NCBI GenBank assembly: GCA_041737965.1
Contig: JBGSQT010000005.1
Span: forward strand, 30,272-94,271
Length of the DNA stretch: 64,000 nucleotides
Direction: 5' to 3'
Source: Spirochaetota bacterium
GTDB taxonomy: Bacteria > Spirochaetota > UBA4802 > UBA5550
How positions within the stretch are numbered: position 1 is the first letter of the stretch; the number at the start of each line of letters is the position of its first letter. Under the pieces are notes generated by a model. That model was given only the letters and a program-made list of their open reading frames with translations, had not been told where the DNA came from and did not search any database. Shown in pieces: positions 18,501 through 26,154 of this stretch. The translations under genes were made by a program, and so were the position numbers.

Positions 18501-18616
18501 TTGAGATACCGCTCCCGATAAACAAATCGGCCTATGACATAAGGATCAAGGACAACGACAAGTCGATCCCTCTGCTGGAATCAGGAGAAACCGTCAATTC
18601 CACCGGCGGCAAGTAG
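15575..18616 (+). CDS. polytopic membrane protein fused to a degenerate spermidine-synthase-like domain and C-terminal TPR repeats
   Basis: 1013 aa. The first ~430 aa are a run of hydrophobic helices. The middle region is PVLFIDGNHRF...FFAIIDMPNIADQQRNRFRFSGEYYGIIRKGIVPGGIFGQV. The C-terminus has TPR-like repeats (WEDAKKLYNVVLSINSDNFDANYRMGLLY...). Confidence 0.85.
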   Translation: MSFLKEFSYSEVAQRKILHFNVFVSSMIIGCVLTDLTLYLQYHFFYSPVITILVIFSLGGFFFGNIAGRILFRAIPHARPLYIITELIFVFLSASYLSRMFFPDGGRSFLLDLFFMNQYVFVLFIVASSFIIGMKYNYFMKIACGDFIDDSQGLVGLVVLSLVGFPIGALLAGGATAIPELGYGFILMPLMALPTAFLIKLGYNPPPQYAKEFEREVELDRKKVNYRDTLLFTYLNFGLIILFYFMGLLTFNKFYGSLSVNALFFHTVSFVCIAVGIVAAGRLKKGNWYIYGEMLFPLFFLLFIFVMYYMKDHVPPYAGIVFFFPVAMVIGFILRKTLDNVIAGYNHTVRFSILGFAFFVLPAPLILSIQLIEFTNFWYFIVVYILTLVSILVPGFHLLSRANNGYRKLLFLGFLLAVIPLLIFLHVFFRIPMDGEIYTGRVENFESLKEINYNELFIKQRATVRLFASPVFRVSDSIIRNLKRAAVPLSLYVDEGQPVLFIDGNHRFFQNQMIGIYKNVLSLDVLSDENVDYNKLPLTGSQTYITENEDLLYFLRRKVKGENRFFAIIDMPNIADQQRNRFRFSGEYYGIIRKGIVPGGIFGQVYSLHDCRGDFFAQSVKNLKKAFRSHVVYLFSDHCLILASDRDNAFSVDRDEYARFASLFKGDSGIKSIFLNEIHVLSHLVFTDIDHLVPYLNDKAVIGDCLLSHSGGPALKGDLNGNVMERNDLVLETIDTGKDYGTLKMNVSGAIAANKTAVDFLKRLEYAESIDDYENETKYLFELQKYMAYRIELRDYVSQIFSYKEKYYYNTALRFEKEKKWEDAKKLYNVVLSINSDNFDANYRMGLLYITLQDINNSFKYFNNAQRLKSDHPKVLYQMGVLYFLSNKTNEAIDYFNRSLARNEVNPSLFKYLGMCYEKTGNDIKAQEYYERAVLNDPNDSESRIRLDTIKKKREDERKQWDLSEQKSDVESEQGIEIPLPINKSAYDIRIKDNDKSIPLLESGETVNSTGGK

Positions 18617-18648
18617 GCAATACCATCACCGGCGTCATCAGGGAGGGA

Positions 18649-19200
18649 ATGTTGTTACGGAAATGTTTCATGGCTGTGGCGAAACCGAAGGTCGTCGCCA
18701 TCTCGCTGGCCGTCACTGTGCCGCTGTTTGTGATTTTAAACCGAATTGACGGCATCATTGCGGGAAACTCGGGCATGGGGGTCATTTACCTGCAGCTCGC
18801 CTTCATCAAGGAGTACTTTATTCCGGTTGTCGCCTCCTGGGGGACGCAGGGGATGGATCTTTTTCTCAGGACAATCTGGCTCGATTTTCTTTTGCCCCCG
18901 GCGTACGCGCTGGTCCTCTCGTCTTTTTACGCATTGATCGTGCGGGGGGGCGGCGCTGCATCAGATCAGGCGATTAAAAAGATCGACCTGGTCCATTTTC
19001 TTCTCCCCGCAGCCGCGGCCCTGTGCGATTATACTGAAAACATCATTCACATTGTGATCCTGTCCTGGCGGTGGTATTCAGGGTGGATGATCGCGGCAGG
19101 ATCTACGGCCGCGCTGATAAAATGGGCGCTGCTGGCCTATATGGTTCTGGCACTTGCCGCAAGGTATGTAAAACGCCACGGCAGGATCGTGTCTTCCTGA
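18649..19200 (+). CDS. hypothetical integral membrane protein
   Basis: 183 aa with 4-5 hydrophobic helices. Same strand as its neighbours and tightly spaced with them. Confidence 0.65.
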   Translation: MLLRKCFMAVAKPKVVAISLAVTVPLFVILNRIDGIIAGNSGMGVIYLQLAFIKEYFIPVVASWGTQGMDLFLRTIWLDFLLPPAYALVLSSFYALIVRGGGAASDQAIKKIDLVHFLLPAAAALCDYTENIIHIVILSWRWYSGWMIAAGSTAALIKWALLAYMVLALAARYVKRHGRIVSS

Positions 19201-19222
19201 GCAGGAGGTCCTGGCGGGCTGC

Positions 19223-20131
19223 ATGAAACCATCCTACATCCCTCTGTTCGAGAGCGGGCGCCTCGAGACGATGACGGAAGACCTTGAACGCGCCATGACA
19301 CGTTGTACGCTCTGTCCCCATCGGTGCGGGACCGACCGGTCGGCTTCCCGGGGAGGAAGGTGCGGAAGCGGCATGCTGCCGGAGGTGTCGGCCTTTCAGC
19401 CCCATTTCGGTGAGGAGCGGTGCATGTCCGGGACCAGGGGCTCCGGCACAATTTTTTTAACCGGCTGCAACCTTTCCTGCATCTTCTGCCAGAATTACGA
19501 CATATCCCAGCTGCGACGGGGCGAAGAGGTGTCGTACCGCGAGCTGGCCAGGGAAATGATACTTCTGCAGTCGCGCGGGTGCCATAACATCAATTTCGTG
19601 TCGCCCACGCACATGATTTTCCCTATTTTAAAGTCACTGCTCCTTGCAGTGCCTGAAGGGCTGGACATTCCACTGGTGTACAACAGCGGAGGGTATGACG
19701 CCGCCGACACTCTGGAAAGAATAGAGGGGGTCTTCGATATATACATGCCTGATTTCAAATACATGGATGCGGAAACAGGGGAAAAGCTGAGCGGCGCCGC
19801 TGATTATCCGGCAGCGGCGATGGAGGCGGTGAGGGAGATGCACCGGCAGACCGGCGACCTCGCGATCGACCGGAACGGGATCGCCCGCAGGGGCCTTCTG
19901 GTGAGGCACCTTCTGCTTCCGAACAACCTCGCGTCCACGGACAGGGTCATCGCATTTGTTGCGGCTCTTTCGAAGAATACGTATATTAACATCATGGACC
20001 AGTACCGGCCTGAATATCATGCAGGCAGATGCGCCGATTTGAAACGGCGGGTAACCCTGCAGGAGCACCGGGAGGCGCTGGAATCGGCAAAACGCGCAGG
20101 ATTGTCACGGATCGACAGGGTCGACCGTTGA
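19223..20131 (+). CDS. radical SAM protein (PflX / PFL-activase-like family)
   Basis: CTLCPHRCG...GSGTIFLTGCNLSCIFCQNYDISQ contains the CxxxCxxC radical-SAM cluster motif; 302 aa. Confidence 0.9.
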   Translation: MKPSYIPLFESGRLETMTEDLERAMTRCTLCPHRCGTDRSASRGGRCGSGMLPEVSAFQPHFGEERCMSGTRGSGTIFLTGCNLSCIFCQNYDISQLRRGEEVSYRELAREMILLQSRGCHNINFVSPTHMIFPILKSLLLAVPEGLDIPLVYNSGGYDAADTLERIEGVFDIYMPDFKYMDAETGEKLSGAADYPAAAMEAVREMHRQTGDLAIDRNGIARRGLLVRHLLLPNNLASTDRVIAFVAALSKNTYINIMDQYRPEYHAGRCADLKRRVTLQEHREALESAKRAGLSRIDRVDR

Positions 20132-20224
20132 CGGGTAACTCTCCTTTTTCCACGTCTGAATAAAATCGCGCTGGAAGAGGGACGAATTGCCGACAATAAT
20201 AAAAAGAATTATCAAATACGGGCA

Positions 20225-21691
20225 TTGAGAATGAAAAAAATAACGGCATTATCCCTTTTTCTGCTGTTCTGTATAATACCGGCGCCCCGGCCGCTCCCGG
20301 CGCAGGAAGAGACGCTTATCAACAAACAGGGAGTGGAATTCGGCGAAAAAAAACAGTTCGATAAGGCCATAAAGGAATTCGACAAGGCCATCCAGAAGGT
20401 AGACGACTCGTCGTCCAGGATTTATCACAACAAGGCCTGGGCGGAACAGCAGAAAGGCGATTTCGACGGCGCAATCAAGAATTACGAGGAGGCGCTTCGG
20501 CGGAATCCGAAGCTGATTCCCAGCGGGCAGAACCTCGGTTATCTGTATTACCAGTCAAAGGATTACGAAAACGCGGTCAGGGTGGGGGAGCAGGTGCTTG
20601 CGCACGACCCGGAAAACAGGGAAGTGAAGAAATGGCTCCCCGACGCCTATATGAAAAGGCTCGAACAGAGGCGGCTGAAGGAACTGGAGCAGAAGAACAA
20701 GGATCTTGAAGATGAACGCCTGAGACAGCTGGCCAAGCTGAAAGAGGACCTCGACAAGCAGAAAAAAGAGTCCAAGATCATCTACGCGACGATCGATTTC
20801 ATGATCAGGACCGGGTACTATTTCAATGACGGAAAATACAAGATCGTCGCGGATGAAGGCGCCCTGGGAAACATTCCGGAATCCCTGTATGTAAGCTTCA
20901 CGCCGACGCCGTCGTGGGAGATAAACATGACGGTGGAGAACCCTTTTCTCGGCTCCCTCACACCCTCCGGCATCATCATACAGACGGAAAACTTTCAGGG
21001 TATTTTCAGGCTCGACAACTTCATGCTCGGCATGGGGGTTACCTTTGCGCAATACCGGTCAGACGCGGCGTTCTTTACATCCCACAGGCTCTGGGACGTG
21101 AAGGTGGGGTTCATCCTCGGGTATGTCAAGGACAACGTGGAGATGCGGTTCACCCTCTATCCCAGGCTTATCCCCTATGACGGCCCGAACCTTTCGGGGA
21201 CGTCCCTTGATATCGCTTATTTTAACATCGATTACGTCTATCACATAAGCCCGCAGTTCAAGTTTTATTCGCTGATGCATTTCAGGGACTTTTTCGTGTT
21301 CAACCACACCGAGGAGAAGTCTGACTACTGGGGTGTCTACGATATCGGCATTGGCGCGACACTCGGCAGGATAACCAGCACCAACAGCGTGAGAGACATC
21401 AGCTTTTCGTTGGAATTTATTTTCCGCTTCTACCTTCGTGATCTTGACAACCCCGATCCCTATACCCGAGGACCCAACGGGCAGGGGTATTTCGGCCTGA
21501 GCACGAAAAAGTGGCTTAAAGGAAACGTCTTCCCCGGCTACCGGGCGCTCAACTACGTGTTCGGATTGAGGGTGGACGAGGAAATATCCGACTATCTCTT
21601 CCTGTATCAGAAATTCATCCTGGAGCTCTGCGATCTGGAGGAAGACCATCACGAGTTCAATTTCCAGTTCGGCGCCGGAGTGACCTTTTGA
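20225..21691 (+). CDS. TPR-containing outer-membrane beta-barrel protein
   Basis: Signal peptide MKKITALSLFLLFCIIPA, N-terminal TPR repeats, a charged coiled coil, then alternating beta-strand-like sequence ending in FGAGVTF (aromatic C-terminal residue typical of OMPs). Confidence 0.8.
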   Translation: MRMKKITALSLFLLFCIIPAPRPLPAQEETLINKQGVEFGEKKQFDKAIKEFDKAIQKVDDSSSRIYHNKAWAEQQKGDFDGAIKNYEEALRRNPKLIPSGQNLGYLYYQSKDYENAVRVGEQVLAHDPENREVKKWLPDAYMKRLEQRRLKELEQKNKDLEDERLRQLAKLKEDLDKQKKESKIIYATIDFMIRTGYYFNDGKYKIVADEGALGNIPESLYVSFTPTPSWEINMTVENPFLGSLTPSGIIIQTENFQGIFRLDNFMLGMGVTFAQYRSDAAFFTSHRLWDVKVGFILGYVKDNVEMRFTLYPRLIPYDGPNLSGTSLDIAYFNIDYVYHISPQFKFYSLMHFRDFFVFNHTEEKSDYWGVYDIGIGATLGRITSTNSVRDISFSLEFIFRFYLRDLDNPDPYTRGPNGQGYFGLSTKKWLKGNVFPGYRALNYVFGLRVDEEISDYLFLYQKFILELCDLEEDHHEFNFQFGAGVTF

Positions 21692-22479
21692 CCGATCTCG
21701 CGCGCATGGAGGATGCGGCCAGGGATATCGCCCGCGGCGCCGGTGATATTCTTTTAAAGGGATTCAGGTCCGCAAGTACGGTGGTTTCCTATAAAAGCAG
21801 AACCAACCTGGTCACCGACGCGGACAGGGCGTCGGAGGACTTCATCTACAGGGAGCTGAGCGACGCGTTCCCCGACCATTCCATAGTCGCCGAGGAGGGC
21901 AGCGGAAAGGACGCGGGCGATGGGTTCGTGTGGTATGTGGACCCGCTTGACGGGACCAACAACTACGCCCACGGCATCGACCAGTTCTGCGTCTCCTTGG
22001 GCGTGACCAGGGGCCACGCGGGGCCGGTTGTCATGGGGGTTATATTTGACCCCTGCCGCGGCGAGATGTTCACCGCAACGGAGGGGGGCGGCGCCTTCCT
22101 GAACGGGAACGCCGTCGCCGTGTCAGAAACCGGTGAACTGGGGTACTCGATACTGGCCACCGGGTTCCCCTACGACAAGGACGTAAACGAGGACAACAAT
22201 CTGCGCGAATTCGGCAGGATCATGCCGCGCGTCCAGGGTATCCGGCGGATGGGCTCGGCGGCCCTCGATATGGCTTCGGTGGCCTGCGGGAGGTTTGAAG
22301 GGTACTGGGAGCGGGGGATAAAGTCGTGGGACATCGCCGCCGGCGTTCTGCTCGTCAGGGAAGCGGGAGGAGCGGTGACGGGATACCGCGGTGAGGAACC
22401 GGACCTCAACGGCGGAAGGATCGCGGCGACAAACGGGCGCGTCCACAGTGAACTGCTGAAGCTCCTCGCCTCAGATTAA
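21688..22479 (+). CDS. inositol monophosphatase family protein (SuhB-like)
   Basis: VAEEGSG...WYVDPLDGTNNYAHG...WDIAAG motifs. The track start is a TTG overlapping the upstream stop (TTGA). The ATG at 21706 is an alternative start. Confidence 0.92.
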   Translation: MTDLARMEDAARDIARGAGDILLKGFRSASTVVSYKSRTNLVTDADRASEDFIYRELSDAFPDHSIVAEEGSGKDAGDGFVWYVDPLDGTNNYAHGIDQFCVSLGVTRGHAGPVVMGVIFDPCRGEMFTATEGGGAFLNGNAVAVSETGELGYSILATGFPYDKDVNEDNNLREFGRIMPRVQGIRRMGSAALDMASVACGRFEGYWERGIKSWDIAAGVLLVREAGGAVTGYRGEEPDLNGGRIAATNGRVHSELLKLLASD

Positions 22480-23397
22480 CCGGCCGGAATCAATAAAGCC
22501 TTCCACCGCGTCCTTTACCGCGTCGCGCCAATCGGTTTCGGGCGACAGGGCGATCCTGGACTCGAGCTTGGCTGTCGGATAGTGCGCCCCGAATCGGGAA
22601 AAAGTCACCATGAGAAGATGCCCTTTGTCCCGGTATTCTGTAATGATCGAAAATATCGAAGCCCGCGCTTCGGGGAGGGGCACCTTCAGGAGGCCCGCGT
22701 ATCGCCCCGTAAACTCTTTCCACCTCACATGGAAATCCGCGCAGTTGAAATAATCGTTGCTCGGCCCGGCGTCCATCATTTTTTCGATTATCGGACCGAG
22801 GTTTTTCACGCACAGAATCGAAACGAGCGGGTCCCTTTTGCCGCAGAAGGCGAATGTTCTGGACAGGAGCCGCGGAATGATCGCCTCGGAAAGGGCCGAG
22901 TCGTTTCTGCCGAGTACGGCCGGAAGCCTGAGCATGGTATAGGGGACCCCGCTCCTCTCGATATACCGTTCCGCCAGGGCTTTCGATTTCATGTAGGGTA
23001 TCGCCAGGGGGCTGAAACGGCACCGGGATGTCATTTCGGTCCTGTTCTCACCCATGGTGCGGACCCCGTACACCGACACCGAGCTTGTCTGGATGAAATG
23101 GCCGCACCCGCAAGACGCGGCGAACTCGAGCAGTTTTCGGGTCCCCCCCGCGTTGACACGGAACATGATTTTTTTCGGAACGTTCTGGTCCACGATTCCC
23201 GCGGTGTGGATAATGACCGGGAATTCGCGCCCCCGAAGACATGAGAGCGGGTCCCGTTCCTCCAGGTCGATACGCACCTCTTCCGGACCGGGTTCCCTGC
23301 GGAACACGGTGCCGGTGACGCGGTGCCCCCGCCGGGAAAAAAATTCCTTCAGGTTCCCGCCGATGAAACCGTCGGTACCGGTGATGAGAATGTCCAT
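22471..23397 (-). CDS. NAD-dependent epimerase/dehydratase family protein
   Basis: MDILITGTDGFIGGNL Rossmann motif; 308 aa; SDR-extended-like layout. Confidence 0.88.
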   Translation of the reverse strand: MDILITGTDGFIGGNLKEFFSRRGHRVTGTVFRREPGPEEVRIDLEERDPLSCLRGREFPVIIHTAGIVDQNVPKKIMFRVNAGGTRKLLEFAASCGCGHFIQTSSVSVYGVRTMGENRTEMTSRCRFSPLAIPYMKSKALAERYIERSGVPYTMLRLPAVLGRNDSALSEAIIPRLLSRTFAFCGKRDPLVSILCVKNLGPIIEKMMDAGPSNDYFNCADFHVRWKEFTGRYAGLLKVPLPEARASIFSIITEYRDKGHLLMVTFSRFGAHYPTAKLESRIALSPETDWRDAVKDAVEGFIDSGRLI

Positions 23398-23618
23398 AGA
23401 TCACCCCGCTCGGGAATGAGTATCTCCCGGAACACCGGTTTTGTCAATATACTTGTGAACGATAATGCCGCGGTAATGGAAAAGGTATCACAGTCTGCCC
23501 CTGCACGCGGCGTACCCGGAAAGTATGGTGGCGGGGAGATTGGCGGGCACCGGAGGTTTATGAGGGAGGAGGGAAAAATTAATTGATTTATTCCCGACGG
23601 ATGCCCAATAATTGACCC

Positions 23619-24947
23619 ATGGACCGCGCCAGCCAGAATGAAAGATTTTACACCGTCACCGAGATCACAAAGACGCTGAAATCGGCCATCGAGAATTCCG
23701 AGGAGTTCAACAGGATATGGATCAAGGGTGAGATATACAACCTCACCCTTCATTCGTCGGGGCATATTTACTTTTCCCTGAAGGACGACAACGCCGTGAT
23801 CTCCGCGGTGTTTTTCAGGTCCCATAACGCCAGGCTTTCCTTCAAGCTCGAGGAGGGGATGAGCGTGCTGGCCTTCGGGAGCCTGACGGTGTTTGAAAAA
23901 CGGGGGAGCTATCAGGTGAACGTGTACCAGCTCCGGCCGGAGGGGATAGGTGAGCTTCAGAAAAGGATCGAGCAGTTGAAAAAAAAGCTTTCCGAGGAAG
24001 GAGTGTTCGACACGGCGCGGAAACGCCCGCTTCCGTTTCTTCCCCGTCGGCTCGGCATCGTCACTTCCCCCACCGGCGCGGCGGTGAGGGACATCGTCAA
24101 GGTCGCGCTGAGAAGGTTCCCCAACATCGAGATAGTCATCGCGCCGGTGCAGGTGCAGGGGAACGGCGCGGTCGGGTCCATCGTAAGGGGGATAATGGAA
24201 CTGAACAGGCCCGAATTGGGCATCGATGTGATAATCGCGGGACGAGGCGGCGGGTCCTTTGAGGACCTGATGGCTTTTAACGAGGAGCCGGTTGTGCGCG
24301 CCTTTTATGAATCCCGCGTGCCCATAATCAGCGCCGTCGGCCACCAGATCGACCATCCCCTGAGCGACGACGCGGCCGACCTGGCGGCGCCCACACCGTC
24401 GGCGGCCGCGGAGGTGGCGGTTCCCCAGAGGCTGGAGCTTGAGGACGAGATCAATTACATGACCCTTCGGATAAACAACGCGGTCGCGTCGTTTTTAAGG
24501 GAGAGCGCCATGAGGGTCGATGCCGCGGCAGGGAGGCCCGTATTCCGCGATCCGATGACGATCGTCGACGAACGTTCGGAACTTGTTGCGGATATGCTCT
24601 CGGAAATCGCGGAATCACTGCGCCGCGGGGTTTCCGAATGGAGACAGCGGCTCCTTTCGGTGCCCGGCATCAGGCTGTTGACGGAGGCGATCGTAAACGG
24701 GAAAAAACACCGTTTCGGCCTCGCCGTGGGGGCGCTGGAAAAGATGTCGCCTCTGGCGGTGATACGCAGGGGATACGCGGTCGCACTGGACGAAAAAAAA
24801 CGCGCCATCAGGAGCGTCGGCGATGTTGATCCGGGGGACCCCTTCACGCTTGTGCTGAAGGACGGACGGCTCGGATGCGCTGTGCGGACAAAAGAGGGAG
24901 GAGAGTATTTTGGAGAAAAAAAAGGGGCAGAAGGCAAAAACGGGTAA
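23619..24947 (+). CDS. xseA: exodeoxyribonuclease VII large subunit
   Basis: N-terminal OB-fold YTVTEITKTLKSAIE...IWIKGEIYNLTLHSSGHIYFSLKD and GIVTSPTGAAVRDI; 442 aa. Confidence 0.95.
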   Translation: MDRASQNERFYTVTEITKTLKSAIENSEEFNRIWIKGEIYNLTLHSSGHIYFSLKDDNAVISAVFFRSHNARLSFKLEEGMSVLAFGSLTVFEKRGSYQVNVYQLRPEGIGELQKRIEQLKKKLSEEGVFDTARKRPLPFLPRRLGIVTSPTGAAVRDIVKVALRRFPNIEIVIAPVQVQGNGAVGSIVRGIMELNRPELGIDVIIAGRGGGSFEDLMAFNEEPVVRAFYESRVPIISAVGHQIDHPLSDDAADLAAPTPSAAAEVAVPQRLELEDEINYMTLRINNAVASFLRESAMRVDAAAGRPVFRDPMTIVDERSELVADMLSEIAESLRRGVSEWRQRLLSVPGIRLLTEAIVNGKKHRFGLAVGALEKMSPLAVIRRGYAVALDEKKRAIRSVGDVDPGDPFTLVLKDGRLGCAVRTKEGGEYFGEKKGAEGKNG

Positions 24948-25221
24948 AACCGGAGCGGAACTTGATTTTGAAGAGGCCCTGAGGGAGCTGGAAGAGATCG
25001 CGCGCGATCTCGAGGGCGGCGACATGGGGCTCGAGGAATCGATTAAAAACTTCGAGCGGGGCATGGAGCTTGCGGGATTGTGCCATAAAAAGCTCCAGGA
25101 AGCGGAAAAGAGGATTAAAATCCTCCAGAAAGCCGCAGACGGTTCCTTTGAAGCAAAGGAAATCCCCGCGGATCATGAAACAGGCGAGATCGACGACGAC
25201 ATGCAGGGATCGCTGCTCTGA
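24910..25221 (+). CDS. xseB: exodeoxyribonuclease VII small subunit
   Basis: LDFEEALRELEEIARDLEGGDMGLEESIKNFERGMEL. Overlaps the xseA 3' end by 38 nt. Confidence 0.88.
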   Translation: MEKKKGQKAKTGKTGAELDFEEALRELEEIARDLEGGDMGLEESIKNFERGMELAGLCHKKLQEAEKRIKILQKAADGSFEAKEIPADHETGEIDDDMQGSLL

Positions 25222-25267
25222 TGGATGCGTCGCAGTTCGGGAAACAGAGGAACCGGAGGTGGAGGGG

Positions 25268-25645
25268 ATGAAGCTTTGGGTGATTGTTGCGCTAATTTCG
25301 TCGCTGGGCTTTGCCGGCTGCTCAAAAGGCAAAGGGATTCAATTCTGCGAGGGAGTCACTCCCGACGGCGAGGGGGTCAATTGCGGCGTTGAATTCGAAA
25401 CCGGCGAGCTGACGGCGGTGATAACGAGCGAAAGGCCCTTCGGCCAGGAGAAAATCGACATTGAGGTGTATGATATCGGCGGAAGCTCGAAGCAGAAACT
25501 CGATACGGTGCGCGCCGACGTCAAGGCGGCGGAGAGCGCCGTCAACGTGACACTCCCTTTTTATACCGAGGGGAAATATCTGGTCAGCGCCAAGGTAAAA
25601 GATGAGAGCATTTCGGAGGGGGAGATAAAGATCACCGATTACTGA
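25268..25645 (+). CDS. small lipoprotein, function unknown
   Basis: MKLWVIVALISSLGFAGC lipobox, with GGAGGTGGAGGGG just upstream of ATG 25268. The track ORF starts further upstream at 25070. Confidence 0.75.
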   Translation: MKLWVIVALISSLGFAGCSKGKGIQFCEGVTPDGEGVNCGVEFETGELTAVITSERPFGQEKIDIEVYDIGGSSKQKLDTVRADVKAAESAVNVTLPFYTEGKYLVSAKVKDESISEGEIKITDY

Positions 25646-26154
25646 TCGGCAGAGTCGGCGCTCCCGTCCCGGACCATTGTTTTTCTCGCCCGCTCTTCTT
25701 TGATGAAGATAAGGGCCAGCAGGAAGGCTCCGATGACGATGGATGAATCCGCCACGTTGAACGAGGGCCAGCGGTAAATGCCGTCCACGCCCACCGAGAT
25801 GAAATCCACCACGCCGGGCCTTCCCGGAATCAGCCGATCGGATATGTTTCCGACGGCCCCGCCGATTATAAGCGCCATTGATGTGTTGAAGAGCATGCTT
25901 TTGTTTTTTTCCAGAACATAGTAGACCAGCATCAGCACCAGCACGATGATCGACACAACCAGGAAAAAAGTCTTTTTTCCCTGAAGTATTCCGAAAACGC
26001 CCCCCTGGTTGTACACCAGGGATATGCGAAGGAAGCCGCCGAAGTAGTCGGCCCTGTCCACCATGGTGAAATAATCCACGATAAGATGTTTGGTGTACAG
26101 GTCGAAGGCGATTATGAAACCCGCAAGCGCGATAAGGTAAAGATATTTTTTCAT
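25639..26154 (-). CDS. lspA: lipoprotein signal peptidase (signal peptidase II)
   Basis: MKKYLYLIALAGFIIAFDLYTK...SLVYNQGGVFG...GGAVGNISDRL...FNVADSSI. The start overlaps the ileS stop (ATGA at 26154-26151). Confidence 0.92.
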   Translation of the reverse strand: MKKYLYLIALAGFIIAFDLYTKHLIVDYFTMVDRADYFGGFLRISLVYNQGGVFGILQGKKTFFLVVSIIVLVLMLVYYVLEKNKSMLFNTSMALIIGGAVGNISDRLIPGRPGVVDFISVGVDGIYRWPSFNVADSSIVIGAFLLALIFIKEERARKTMVRDGSADSADQ

